DNA of 64,000 nt, taken from the human T2T-CHM13v2.0 reference genome, Homo sapiens. Location: the NCBI RefSeq assembly GCF_009914755.1, contig NC_060930.1; one strand, 5' to 3'. Positions 49,021 to 62,794 of the stretch are shown piece after piece. Position 1 is the first letter of the stretch. The number at the start of each line of letters is the position of its first letter. The notes below the pieces were generated by a model. That model was not told the origin of the DNA. It ran no database searches and saw nothing but the letters and a program-made list of their open reading frames with translations. The position numbers and the translations under genes are program-made.

Positions 49021-50719
49021 CCCTATTCTTTCTCATTGTCCTGCAATTATTAAAGTAGTGCTAATTGGCCCTAACTTGAATAGATACACACATGATAGTG
49101 GAGGTATCAAAATGACACTTACACAGTGGCTACCCAGATCCAAAACAGGCATATGCATTTTCAAGTATAATTGAAAATAATACAAACATGCAAAACTGTG
49201 ACTCCCAAGAATTTATCTGTGGCCTGATAGGGGCCCAAAAAACTGGGATAAGTTAATAAAGACAGCAAATTAATAGAGCTCAGTGTTTTATTGTCAAATC
49301 AACCTTAAAAGAACACAAATTACACGTCTAAGGCTTTGAACTTTTGTAAAGAATGCACTTATTTTTTGAAAATACATCTAACTGTTTACGCAAATATCAC
49401 AGGAAAATAATTTGAAAATTCAAATGATGCTAAAAAGCTTAACCCAAGAAACAATAACTCCTTGTTCTTCCACCTTCCTCCAACCTTGTGATGCTTTCTA
49501 GAGGTAATAACATAAAACTGTTGTAGATATTTTTTGGGGGGGGGGATTTACTTTATCATTTGTAAATAAAATGCCTTGATTTTATTTACAACTCACCAAT
49601 TTTTGACATTATTTATTGTCTTCTCATAATGATAGATGAAGATTTTCATTGTTTACACTCCCCTTTTTCTCCTCTCTTCATTTTCCCCACAAAATTATAT
49701 CTCAATGTTTAATTCATATCCTATATTGTCTTTATTGAAATAATGTTTACTGTTAAACCAGGTAGAGCATTGTGATTATAGTTCTATTCATATGCAACTT
49801 TCTGTTTTTCCTGGAGTTGATAATTTCTTTTTCTTTTCATTTGCCTAGTATTGAGAATACTCTGTCTTCCCAAACAGCGTAAGAGGCCTATAAATCTTTC
49901 TATACAATATTCCCAAAGGTCAAATAATTTATGTATTCTAGTACTTTTTTGGAGATATGATCCCCACATACAAACACTCTTAGAACCTTGACCCCCCCCT
50001 CCTCCAGCCTGGGCTGGTGGCTTCTAGGCCTGCTACACAGCTGTGGTCCTGGCACTTCCCCTGCTGTCGTTCTGGGAATTCCCTTTACCTCTCTCCTGTT
50101 GCCTGGCTCCTATTCTTCCTCTTTCTTGGTTTAATTCCTCATTTAGAAAAACATATCCTCTAGTGGCTTCCTGAGAAAGCATTTATGGGAGACTGTGTGT
50201 GTGCCTGAAATATCTTTTTGATACCCTTATACTTACTTGATTGATAGTTTGGCTAGATGTAACCTTTTAGGTTGAAAATAATTTTTATTAAAAATCTTAA
50301 GACATATTATTTTCCCCTGTCTTTTAGTTTTTAATGTTTCTTAAAAATGCAAGGTCATTCTTATTCCTAATCCTTTGGATATGATCCATTTTTTTTCCTC
50401 TCTAGAACCATTTGGCATCTTTATCATGATGTTCTGAAGTTTCACAATGATTAAATTTGATGTAGATCTTTTTTTCATTTATTATTTTGGATGCTTACTT
50501 GGTTTTAATGTCTGTAGACTCAAATGTTTAACCTCTTCTCTTTTTCGTCATTGTTGCTCACCCTTGTCCTCCTCTGAGCCTCATATCGCTCAGTTCAGAG
50601 CCTTTCTGGTTAAGCTTCTTCAGAGAACAATCCTCAGGTATCCTGAAAGGGGCTTGATTTTGAAGGGTGGCATTTAGGACCCTTTGTTCTAACTGTTCCT
50701 TCTCCTAACTGGAAACAAA

Positions 50720-50872
50720 CAAGCCAGGTGTGATGGTGCGCACCTGGTAGTCGCAGCTACTTGGAAGACAGGGGCGGGCGAGAGGATCATTTGAATGCAG
50801 GAATTCAAATCCAGCCTGAGCAACATAGTGAGACCCCATCTCTGAAAGCAAACAAACAAACAAACAAACAAA
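50720..50872 (+). mobile_element. Free Alu monomer (FLAM-like)
   Basis: Single arm ending gagaccccatctct plus (CAAA)n. Confidence 0.7.
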
Positions 50873-52682
50873 GCCAACAGCCAACAAACCATCCTACTAT
50901 TTGTAGTCTCCTGCTTTACTGCCAATTTCAATAGTATCTCCACTTGCAGAGTATTAACCTCAAATTCCTTAGTCTTTCCAGTCTACCAGGGAAATCAGCT
51001 TGCCCCTCACTGCTTGCCTGTCCCACTTACATCCAACTCATCCCTGTGAAGCACACTTCCTGTTGAATCATTTACCACTATGTATTGTGTTCTAGTCCTC
51101 ATCCGTTGTGGTTTGGGGTTTATGGATTCAATTCTTCTGGCTTCCCTAACATTAGAGCTTCCCTTTTTCTGCCTTTTTTCTTCTTCTTCTTTACTGGTGA
51201 ATTTTATAGAAGAAAGAAGTCAGAATTCTCTTCTTTTCTGATTTTTACCATAAAGATGTGTTTAACCACTGTAGCAGTCCAGTAATGAAATGACCTATCC
51301 CTCCAAATAAAAAGCATCAGCATTGGAAATATCCAGTAGAGACTTGGTTGTTCTTTCTTTCAGGAATACTAGTAAAGAAATGTCTGGAAAGGGGGCAGGG
51401 GTAAACTAAATGATTCACTTAAGATCTTTTTCAAGTATAGAAGTTTATAAATTCTGTACTATTCTACCATGGGCTGAAAGGAAACAGAAATCATTAAATA
51501 ATTAAGATTATGAGCCTTAAAATCAAGTAGCTTCCACGTGAATTCCAGATCTGTCTTTTACTTGGGCTATATTTTAATTTCTTTAGTTTCAATTTCCTAC
51601 TCCATAGAATGGGGACTACTTATTGTATATGATTGTTATGAAATTAACATAGTAAATGTGGTTTAATACAAACACATAATCTTTTTAATTAATTCCAATA
51701 ATTATGTGTTTAAATAAAGCCTGTGAATGGGAATTAATATTTTCTACACCAATAACATTTTCAAATTGTTGCTGCCTAGGACCAAGTTGAAGGAATCTAT
51801 TGTATCATCTCTTGGTTGTGGTATTTATATTCTTGACCTAGGCTAGATCTGGCTTGGGGTGGTGGGGGCGCATCATTCTATACTGCTTCTACTCAGCAGA
51901 CATCACCTTTGTCTTTCTAAAATGGAGGGAAATGTGGGCTTGTAATCAAACAGAGATTATTTTGTATTAATCCAAATACAAAACCAAACAGCAAGTTACA
52001 ATATTCAATTCCCATGGTGACAACTCTTTAATTTGTACTAAAAGTGAAATATGATTCCCACCCTGTGAAAAGAATTGTTTTATCACTTGTCAGCAAAATT
52101 AGGCAAGCAAATATTATTTCTAGTAAAGAGCAGATGGACTTGCATAAATAAAATAAATAGTTTGAAATTTGTATAAATATTGGGTGCTACACTTGTACTT
52201 GCAAAGAGCCCCACCTCTTAAGTAGCCTTATTACTCTTACATTTTTATATTAACAATTTCATCATGAAAGTCTTCTTATAAATAATGCAGACAGATTCTA
52301 GGATAGGCTCCTTTATACCAATTCTCTGTTGAATTCAAATTAATATGACATTGCTGCATGCATTCTACAGGGGACATTTGGCTCATGTCAATATTTGCTT
52401 CAAGGAAGATCAGAATAAGGTGTGTTATTTTGCAGGAATATTGGACCTCCCCATCTTTGAAGAGCTCTTCCTTATCCCATTGCTGGATGTAGTAGAGATT
52501 CAGAAGCATAGAACTGCATGTTGACTTGTTCATGCAGAGTGTCCCCTGAGGGTAGAGTTGGATTTTAGTGGCTACTATGGGCTGCAGCAATGACATTCCC
52601 CTAAAGCAGACTCCACTGTTGCAACCCCTGCATGCCAGCAAGAGGATGTGAAGGTCAAGTGATTGGTCCTGATTAAAGTATG

Positions 52683-53088
52683 TGATATAGTTTGGATATT
52701 TGTCCCCTCAGAGTCTCATGTAGAAATTTGATCCCCAGTGTTGGAGGTGGAGGCTTTTGGGTCATGGAGGCAGATCTCTCATGAATGGCTAGGTGCGAGT
52801 CTCTTGGAATCAAGTTCTTGCTCAATTAGTTTCCACAAGAACTGATTGCTAAAAAGCACCTGGTACCTTCCTCCATGTTCTCTCCTTCTTCCTCCCTCTT
52901 GCCATGTGATGCCTGCTCCCCTTCACCTTCCACCATGAGTGGAAACTTCCTGAAACTCTCCCCAGAAGGAGATGCTGGCACCATGCGTCTTATGCAGCCT
53001 GCAATACTGTGAACCAAATAAATATCTTCTTTAAATAAACAACCCAGCCTCAGGTGTCCCTTTATTGAAACACAAACAGACTAAGACA
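52683..53088 (+). mobile_element. MSTB-like MaLR LTR
   Basis: tgatatagtttggatatttgtcccc ... cccagcctcaggt..aaacagactaagaca. Confidence 0.8.
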
Positions 53089-53598
53089 ATCTGTGTTGCC
53101 ATTGGCTTGTTCCCATTGGCTGGCCCCTGGCTGCTCCTGGGGAGGGGAGGGATTGCCTTGTTGCTGCACATGGGTAAGAAAGCCCAGCTGGCGTGTGAAT
53201 ATTCAACAACCCTGGGAACAAAAGTTGCTGAACTCGAAGGGCTCATGTCACCCTTTTTGTGGCATTCTGCTTCCTTTGGCTCATGTTCCCTGTAAGAAAC
53301 TTGGGAAACATATCCCATCTGAAAGAACTCTGGCCACAAGATACCCAAACAAACCTTACTAATGGCAAGAAGAAGGCAATAATGCAGATTAACTGAAATG
53401 TCAACTGTTAATAGTCCCAACTTTGAAGTCCTCAGGCCACCCATGGTTTTGGACTGGGACCTCCTGGACAGGGATGTTTCTTCCTTCCCTCCCCTCTTCT
53501 CATTCCTCCTTGTCCTAGGGTTTGCCAGCTATCGTGGGGTCTGCAGAATCTTGGTGAGGGAAGGGACCTCACAGATCATCTCCCCACTTGGGGAGATG

Positions 53599-55129
53599 CC
53601 TGGCTGAGATGCCTTGTTACCTAACTCCAGGGGTCACTGTTCAAACAAAATAGATGTGGGACCCCCTGGGTTTGTGGAACATAGTGTTCCTAGACTCAAC
53701 TTGGGACCTTGATACTAGACAGGACTTAGAGGTCCTGTCTAGAGCCACCCTGATCTGTCCTTAGGTAGATGACATTTGATGAAAAAAAAAATGGCTCTTT
53801 TAAATAAGACAGTACTACTTGCCAATAGTTAAGTCTCCAAAGATGATAGATCCATGATGTTTTACCATACAAGCACTGTGACTCCTTTCAGAGGTTTGAT
53901 AAAAGCATCCCTTTCAAATAGCCTTTTTGAGGTTTTCTAACTAACTAACTATAAGGTTCATTTTTCTCTTCTCTGTCTAGTATGACAAGTTCTTTTGATT
54001 CCCCTCCCTAAGGGTCAGAAGTTCTTCTCTCCCTTACGTGAGTGTCATGAAGCCCCTCCTCCCCTGCTGATCACAAAGCAATTCTCAGGAAGGGTCTAAG
54101 GTTGAACTTGTGTTGAAAGGAAAGCCTGTCATTTTGATGTGTTAGAAAACAGGTGTGTGGTGGTCACCTAGTTCTGAGCTGGTGGACACTCCTCTCCTTC
54201 CTTCTTGCAATGCAGTTCTTATCAAAGAGCATGGACTAATTTTTAAATTCTATGTGTGGTCTTTTTCTCTGTAACAATTTGGTGTGGCTTTGATAGGATG
54301 TAGAACAACGCAACCTGGGAACAGCAGAGATGGTCAACAGGATTGGGACTGAGTGAGCAAATGCTTAGACTCCTGCTACCTTGCCTCTTTATCTTCCCAA
54401 TTATGTCTCTTTTTTCCCTCCCTTTCATGGTGAGGGGATGCCTAGGCTAATTGTCCATTGATAGGCTTAAAGGGAGCCCATTACCTGAACCTGTCTGCCT
54501 TTCGAAAGGCTTTCAGAGCCTTTCTGCTCCTAATGTATCTTATATGACTCCTTTGTCCTTAGAAGAGAACTTCAGCTGGGTGCGGTGGCTCACGCCTGTA
54601 ATCCCAGCACTTTGGGAGGCTGACGTGGTGGATCACAAGGCCAGGGGTTCGAGACCAGCCTGACCAACATGGTGAAACTGCGTCTCTACTAAAAATACAA
54701 AAATTAGCCAGCGTGGTGGCACGCGGCTGTAATCCCAGCTACTCAGGAGGCTGAAGCAGGAGAATCACTTGAATCAGGGAGGCGGAGGTTGCAGTGAGCC
54801 GAGATTGCACCACTGTGCTCCAGCATGGGTGACACAGCGAGACTCCATCTCAAAAAAAAAGGGAATAACTTCCCTTGTGTGTTCCTTAATTCAAGCTCAA
54901 GGACTACAAAGGAAGCACCACATCTCTTCTATTCTTCTTTAAACTGTTTCAGGGCCCCCATTCTGTATAAATTTGGAATTGTGCCAGTTAGGAGCCCAAA
55001 CTGTAGATGGATCCTGGCTGAGATGCCTTGTTACCTAACTCCAGGGGTCACTGTTCAAACAAAATAGATGTGGGACCCCCTGAGTTTGTGGAACATAGAG
55101 TTCCTAGACTCAACTTGGGACCTTGATAC
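53599..55129 (+). repeat. 117-bp dispersed direct repeat (53599-53715 and 55013-55129)
   Basis: 115/117 identical by eye; offset 1414 bp. Confidence 0.93.
54573..54860 (+). mobile_element. AluS
   Basis: Full dimer between the two 117-bp copies. Confidence 0.88.
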
Positions 55130-56437
55130 CAGAAACTATGGCTAGGCGAAATCATGGTCTCTGTGGAAAGGACAAACTCCTAGTTGTCTTTCTCATATAT
55201 ACCCAAGAGAGGTTGCAAAATCATTAAAAAATATGAAGGAAAAATTGCAGGGAAATTTTCTTGGGTATCTGTATAGTGCCACCAAATACAAAAGATGACA
55301 TCTTAGATGACCTTATTAGGGTGAAAATATTACTATTATTAAAAGTAATAATACCTGCTACTGGTGACATGAGTGTGTGAGTAAGCCTCTGCAACCTCCA
55401 TTGTCCCCTGAGTTCCAAAGCTACCTTCCTATGAAGTCCCCATAAACCTCCATATATCTTTCCTCTAGAACTGCCAGGAAATCTTCTATAGATGGTCTGG
55501 AAAAAAGAGTAAGCTCTTGAGATGGGATCACTAAGTCTTCCATGGGTTAGAAGAGCACACCTGAGATACAATGGGTTTGGAATCATCAGAGTCCTCACCG
55601 AAGAAAGTGCTGTACTCTAGTGCCCCACACAGAATGGGGCAACAAGCCCCCACCAAGTCTATGCACAGAAATCAATGCTTCCCCTGCCTGACCTTTACTT
55701 TCACAGTAACTTGATATAGATAATAATGAACTAATCCCCACCCCCCTGACCATAGTACATATTTTAGTATTCATTTAGTACTTAGTAAGCAACTCTGTGT
55801 ATATTAATAAAAAAAGACTTGTCCCGTCCCCTAAAACAAAACAAAACAAAAACAAAGCAAAGCAAGGAACCCTTGACAGGCTGATAATATATTACAAGTC
55901 CTTAGAATTAAAAAATTTAAATTCAGAGATCTTAGGATCTAAAGAATGAATGTTTTTTGGGGTGGAAAGCAAACAAAAATATATATATATTCTTAATTGA
56001 AACTACGATGCTTTATTGGGTAAAAGCATATGATAAAAAATGTATTTGAATATTTTGCTTAGATGAATTTTTGTATATTTAGCTAAAAATAAGATGGTAA
56101 CATACATGTAGGTATATAAAGTTGAATATCATATGAATTAAGCTGTTTTTAAAAATATGTTTTAAGTCAGATTTTTAAGCGTAAGAAGAGAAATTTAGTT
56201 TTGTGTTAGTAAGAGGAAAATAAGGCCAACAAAGGGATTAGAAACTTGGGTCTGGGTAAAGGTCTGAGAGAGAGGAGAAAAAAAAAAAAAAGGAGCTGTT
56301 TTAAATCAGTCCCTAACAGTGAAACACATCTAGAAAGACAGAGTTTGAAAAACAGCAACCACAAAAATGAATCTAGTGGGTTTTCTATAATATTTCTTCC
56401 AAAATTGGGTGATTTTGTATTAAAAAGCTGTTAAGTT

Positions 56438-56768
56438 AGCTGGGTGCGGTGGCTCACACCTGTAATCCCAGCACTTTGGGAGGCTGAGGCGGGTGGATTG
56501 CCTGAGGTCAGGAGTTTGAGACCAGCCTGGCCAACATAGTGAAACCCCATCTCTACTAAAAATACAAAAAAAAAAAAAAAAAAATTAGCTGGGAATGGTG
56601 GCGGGCACCTGAATGGCGCCTGAATAGCTACGAGGGAGGCTGAGGCAAGAGAATCACTTGAACCCGGGAAGGAGGAGGTTGCAGTGAGCTGAGATCGCAC
56701 CATTGCCCTCCAGCTTGGGCAACAAGAGTGAAACTACGTCTTGAAAAAAAGAAAAAAGAAAAAAAAAC
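56438..56768 (+). mobile_element. AluS
   Basis: Full dimer with an expanded middle A-tract. Confidence 0.88.
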
Positions 56769-58417
56769 CTTGTTAAGCTTTGAAAGGTAACTACATTTAT
56801 ATTGTGTAATAAAACTGGAAAATTAATGCGATTTTGTGGTTTTTCTGTATAAGGATAAGTGATACAAATTCAGATTTCTGCAAAAAAATTGACAGAGAAA
56901 TATGCAATTACCTTATGTAAATGTACATAGTATTTCTATTAAACTGTCTTATTTTGACACATTCTGCTTATTTTCTGATATTCCAAAGTGGTTTTCAAAA
57001 GTTTTGAATTCATAAAATATTAAAGTAATGGATATTTTGATTTATCCAAAGACCTCTGAAAAATTAGAGTTCTATAGTAGTGTCATTGGTAATTAACTAA
57101 TGTGTTTTTGATAAGTGATAATTAATCAGATAACATATTTAAAATATATGGATTTTGGATCCTGGGTCAAAGAAGAGACTTTCAGTTTAAACCTCAAAAG
57201 CCTGAGTTTCCATGTAATGTTACTCGCTTACAAAGTCTCTCCTTGATCTACTTGCAAGAAAATGAAACACTTTGAACTGGTCTGGCGCTGGATGGAAGTA
57301 CACATATACATAGTACTAACTAGGCAAATGACTTGGGTTCATGAAATGCAAATAAAACATTCCATGATATATTAGGTTCCTGAGGGAATAAGGAAATGTT
57401 GCATGCTATATACAAGGAAATGTTTATGGCTCAGGAAAGGATGGAATGCATTTTCTTTCTGGAAAACCTTCTAAAAACAAAAGTAACTATGTAGAAAAGG
57501 TTAAGCTTAACTCAGTACTTTATTGTTCATACTGATGTTGGTGTTAGCATCTTGGCACTCTTAGGCAAATGAAGAATATAAGTAATTATAAATTACTTAA
57601 TATTTATATAAAGTAAATATAAGTATTCTTATATAAGAGAGAATGTGCTACAATTATAGAATTCCTAAATTAATGAGGAATGTTGTAATTTTAGAACAGA
57701 ATTAGAAATATTAACATAAATATAAAATTTAAAAGAAAACATTTGTAGTTTTGACACAGAAATAATCTAGGAACAATGTCAATCCATGTTGCAGCCAATC
57801 ATCCAGTTCCTGGTCTTTTTTTTTTTTTTTTTAAACTAAAAGAAACTAAGGATTCTTAAGAGAAACATCTCAGTCTTTGTTTGGCCCAGAAATGCGCAAG
57901 ATAGCTTGAACTGCCTTGTGCTAGAAAGCAAGAAAGCTTTCAAAACTTTCTAAAGTACTATCAAAAAGACATAAGAACCTGCCTAAAAGAAACTACCACT
58001 AGTCAAAGTTGTATCATTAAGAATTATAATAAATCTTCCAGTCAACTGAAATCTATTAAACAGCCATGATTCCCTAGCAATGAACAAAAAGAAAATAAAT
58101 AACGGGAAGTATTTGAAAAGAAGGTGAAGAAGTTGTTACTGCTGAGCTTTGTTATTTATTTGGCACTCTTGGCTCATCGATTGTATCCATAAAGAATACA
58201 GAAATGAATAATGCTATAAATATATCAGTTAAAGGCATTTTCTGACACAAGGTGAGAATATCAGTAGAAAGACTCCATAATTTGTGACTACAAGTCAGAC
58301 AAAACCCATGGAAAGTATCCAAAATTCGGTTATATCAGTTTTTAAATGATGCAAAGAAATAGGAAGAAATGTATCCTGCACAGATGTCTTTAGAGATAAA
58401 TGGAAAAGGCAATCAGT

Positions 58418-59489
58418 ACCACGATGCACAAAAGGGGGTCACTTCCACTAAAAGAGCAGTAAAAGAAGGGCTCAAGAGGTGACGAGCAAGGTTATCAACC
58501 AAGCCTGCTCATGTGAGCTGAAACAAGTGGCAACAGGCAACAGGACAGAACCAATCTTCAGACAAAAATGAATGCAAACAAAACAGAATAGGCAAACAAA
58601 AGTAAAACAGGTAGAGAGGGTTATCCAAGAACTTAAGAAGACTCCTGCAGAAACCAGAGAAACTAACAATGAAGACAGTCCAGCCTTTAATGAAGCCAAA
58701 TGAAAAAGAAGTGAAGTCCAATGAGTGTGTCATAAACCAACTCTCACCGCTGGTCTCCGTATATCTGTTTGTATCAATCCAGAGGTATTTGTGTCCACTT
58801 TTCTATAAATGCAAATTTTTGGTAGCTCTAGGAAAACAATTTAAAGGAGAAGATACCACCTCATTCCATTTTTTAATAAAACATATTTAGGTGGGTGCTT
58901 TTTTGTGTGTAAATCTTGTTTTTTAAAGAGGTAAATAACTGTCTCGTTTGTCAACTTAATATTCCACAGGCAGCAGAAGGGCAATTTTGATAGCCTGTAA
59001 TATGAAATATAACTAAATAGCAATTTGAAATCATAATCATGAATTCAACGTAACTTAAATGTTTTGAATTACCTTTTCCACTCACTTTTAAGTAGAATTG
59101 TTCCCCCAAAAGCCTTCTCCTTGTTCATAACTCTCCCATTGAAACTTTGACAACTTTGGTAGTGGTAGTCCAGTTTTTCTTATTACTTGATTGATGTGTT
59201 GTGAAAGATTGGAAATTTTTGAGCATGTGGTGTGTATGTATTAAGATATAAATTGGAGGGAAATGAGATCTAACAGCTTACTAATATTTTAAAATATTGA
59301 TATTTACAATCTTATTTAAGGACAATTTGCCTACAAGTTTTAAGATAGAAAGGCACCAGAAAAATCGCTATGGATTATAACCATATGCATTAAAACAATT
59401 TTTTTTTGGTATTTGTATTAAGAACTGCTTCCACATAGTTATATAACATCTGTGGATTGACCATGGAACAAAGTCTCATTTATAAAAAA
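58418..59489 (+). pseudogene. Old processed pseudogene of HMGN1 (CDS remnant 58424-~58725 plus full 3' UTR)
   Basis: With frameshifts it translates to VTSTKRAVKEGLKR*RARLSTKPA..SSDK..MQTKQNRQTKVKQVERVIQE..PAETRETNNEDSPAFNEA..KEVKS, colinear with HMGN1 as I recall it. 3' UTR blocks also match (caatccagagg, taaatgcaa..tagctctag, ccacctcat, agtagaattgtt, gtggtagtcc, tgtgaaagatt). Intronless, with an A-rich end and a possible TSD. Confidence 0.85.
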
Positions 59490-60569
59490 CAGTTCAATGA
59501 AAAGGCATCTAAATCTTTTACAATGTTATCAGTTTATAAATTGTTAGAGTCAGAAAGATATTCACATATTTAAAAAATCCCAAACACATTGAATGGATCA
59601 TCCTGGACAGTAGCTGTAGATTTCTATAGGAAGATAGAAGAATTAGGTACTATGTATAATGTTAAGGAGAAGGAAGTGGGCTGAGTGATAACTTGTATCA
59701 GAGTTGTAGAATTATTAACATAATAACTATAAGTAGACTTTTGCATGTATCATTAGGTCTTGGGAAAGGATCCAGATCCTCCATCTGTCTCTGATAGTAA
59801 ATAATCTTAATTAATTAGGAAGATATTCATCTTCCTTAATGAGTTTGCATTTTTTTAATCCACAGAATATTTGGAATTAAGTATAGAACAATTTAAAGGA
59901 ATGAAAATGATTTATTAATATTTGTGTAAAGTAGGAAACTAGAAGATCTACCTAGGAAAATAGCCCTGATTGTAGCATTTCAACAATTTTCATTGAAGTG
60001 ATTTATTTGCCTACATCCCCAGGAAACTGGGAGCTCCTTAGAAACAAGAATGGTGTATTTTATCTCAGTATACTCAATACAGTGCCTGGCCCAGAGTCAG
60101 TGCCCAGTAACCATGAATGAATAAATGAGGTCCTTAAGGTTGTAAGGTGATTTGGTTTCCATCAGTGTCTCCTTCCACAAAGATCAGAGAAAAGTCTGTC
60201 TCCTTCCAGTCCTACTGAGCTGCTCCTATTTCTGAATGCTCCCTCCTGCAGCCATTTCAGAAAGTACTAGAGACAGAGGAAAAGTTTTCTCTGATGTTTT
60301 TGATGTTTATTCCAGGGCATGCTCACAGATGGAAAGGGTCAAACTTCTGGGACGCTCCAGAGACACAGCCCTTGACATTCTCTGTGAAAGGATGTGCTAT
60401 ACAAAAGGTGCCTGCCAGCAACTGGGCTTGAATGGCAAATGGTTGAGGCATGAAGACAGTTTTTCTTTCAGACCCTGCCTAAGCATTTGTTATCAGGAGT
60501 CACAGATAAGATATTTCAATCCACTTCCTCATGACTGCCCTTCGAATGTCTGAAAATCATATGGGCCTT

Positions 60570-61130
60570 TGATCTAAATATTCCCGCTTTCTTCAATTGT
60601 TCCTCATATGATATAGTCTCCAAACCTTTCCTCAGCCTGATTTTCCTGCTACAGTTCATCCCTGTATTGTTGCAAAGATGCAGAAGCTAGCACAGCATGT
60701 GGGATGTAGCCTGACCAAGGTAGGCAGCAGGGGACCCTACTCTGCTCCTGGGCACTGCATTTCTACAGCAGCCAACAGCCATTATCTGCTTGGTGGCCTT
60801 ATCATGTTCTTGACTCTCACCATACTTGCAGCCAACTCAAGCCCCTGTGTTTTGCTTTATGTTGTTGTTTCTTTCTGTGATGTTTTAAAACATGATTCTA
60901 TAATTCTGTGCTTATGTAGTTGCTATTTTGAACCTAAGGATTTCACTAGTATCTCTATTTGGATCATTATTCCAGCTTATTGTGACATTTTGGAATCATG
61001 ATTCTACTATTAGATGTTTTAAATCTCACATTGTTGCCATCTATACTTTTGATAAGCCTATGGCTACATCTTCACTGACAAAAGTATTGACCAAGACAGG
61101 TTGAGCAGAGAGCCCAGAGCACACTACTAG
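60570..61130 (-). mobile_element. L3/CR1 LINE fragment
   Basis: ttcaattgttcctcatatga..agcctgacca..gacaggttgagcagagagccc resemble reverse CR1 RT/3' region. Confidence 0.5.
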
Positions 61131-61150
61131 TTCTCAACAAATGATTGGGG

Positions 61151-61447
61151 TTTTTTGTTTGTTTGTTTTGTTTTTTAGAGATAGGGTCTCACTTTGCCGC
61201 TCAGGCTGGCACAGTCATAGTTCACTGCAGCTTTGAACCTGGGCTCAAGCAATCCCCCTGCCTCAGCCTCTTGAGTAGCTGGAACTACAGGTGTATGACA
61301 CCACCCCTGGCTAAGTTTTTATTTTTTGTAGGAACAAGGTCTTGCTATGTTGCTCACTCTGGTCTCCAACTCCTGGCCTCAAGTGATCCTCCTTCCTCAG
61401 CTTCCCAAAGTGCTGGGATTACAGGCATGAGCCACTGTGCATGGCCT
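61151..61447 (-). mobile_element. AluJ
   Basis: Diverged reverse dimer. Confidence 0.82.
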
Positions 61448-62794
61448 CAACAAATATCTATGAATTAAATCATAAATTTGGCTGAGGAAAAGTAGATCAT
61501 AGTTTTTGTCTATAGTAACATATTCAGGTGAGCTTATGCCCTTTCAATTATTTTCATAAGAGAATGTAACATACTTTTCCAAATTATAGTTTTCTTGCCT
61601 ATATAGAGATTTCCAGGACAACCTTATTATACCCATTCATTTTTTTCCTCTTCTATTCATTCTTGTTCAACATAGTATTGGGTATTCTTTGGATATCTAA
61701 ACAAATGGCTTTTTAAAGGCAATATTGAATTTATTGTTAAATGTTGGCTTCATTATGAAAGACTAAGAAATAATTATATCATTTTATCTGTATAAATATC
61801 TTAAAAACAATTTTGCTAAATTGATTTTTATCCAGACGTGTTTTTACACAAATTTGCTCCTGATTAATTAAAACACATGGGTCTAGGGACCCAGAGTGGA
61901 AGTGGGTTGACACTTCCCAGGAGTAGTATTGACACCTGGGTTCTTCTGCATGCGAGATTTCAGAACCCAAGTGATCGATGCTTCCACACGGCCACAATGG
62001 CTCTTTTAAAATGAAAGCTAAATGGACACCTACCTACTGAGAGCTCTAGATGCTATTAAACGAAGAGGCAAATAGGCAGAGTGGAAGGGCTGATGGTTGT
62101 TAAGAAACTGTTTGGAGTCACTGACTCTGGCTACCATGGGCATGTATGGTTATTGCTATATAAGAAGGACAGAGAAAAGTATGGATGGATCCTAAGCGAT
62201 ACAGCTACCTGCCTGGTTGCAAAAAATTAATGAAGACCACTGCATCACTATATTGGAAGGACTTCCAAAGACAAACCCTGACCAGCCCAGACGCTGTCTG
62301 AAAACAAAGGCAAGATGCAGTAGGTAGTGGAAGAGGGAAGTTGTAAATACTGCACACATCATAAAATATCTTGTGAAGAGTTACAGATATGACTACTGTA
62401 GGCTTTATTTGTGTTCACTTCCTTGTTTTGCTATATATTCCAACTAATACTCCTTTTAAAAGTTTTTTGTTGTTTTCCAACCACACTATTGTGTATGGAC
62501 TATGTCGTTAGTGGTTGACTTTCCAATTTTGTTCATACTTACATTACATGAAGATAGATTTATATGGTCACTAGAGGAGAAATGAGTATCACCCAGAGAT
62601 CTTAGATTTGGAGCTGAATGTAGAAACTATTGAGATGCTGGGTCATTTCCCTTTGAGGGGGTGGGTAAATTTCCCACTAGGTAATGAGTCATGTTAAACA
62701 GGAATATTTATTTTAACATGCAAGTTTTTACCATAAAGGACAAGTGGCAAATATAGAAATTAGGAAACCAAAGTAGTAAAACAACAGTGAATGC

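Noticed and set aside
52276-53444. 121-aa and 137-aa minus-strand intergenic ORFs
   Set aside because: No recognisable homology or splice context; the second runs into a MaLR LTR.
57575-57640. AT-rich palindromes (e.g. TCTTATATAAGA)
   Set aside because: Expected in very AT-rich low-complexity sequence.
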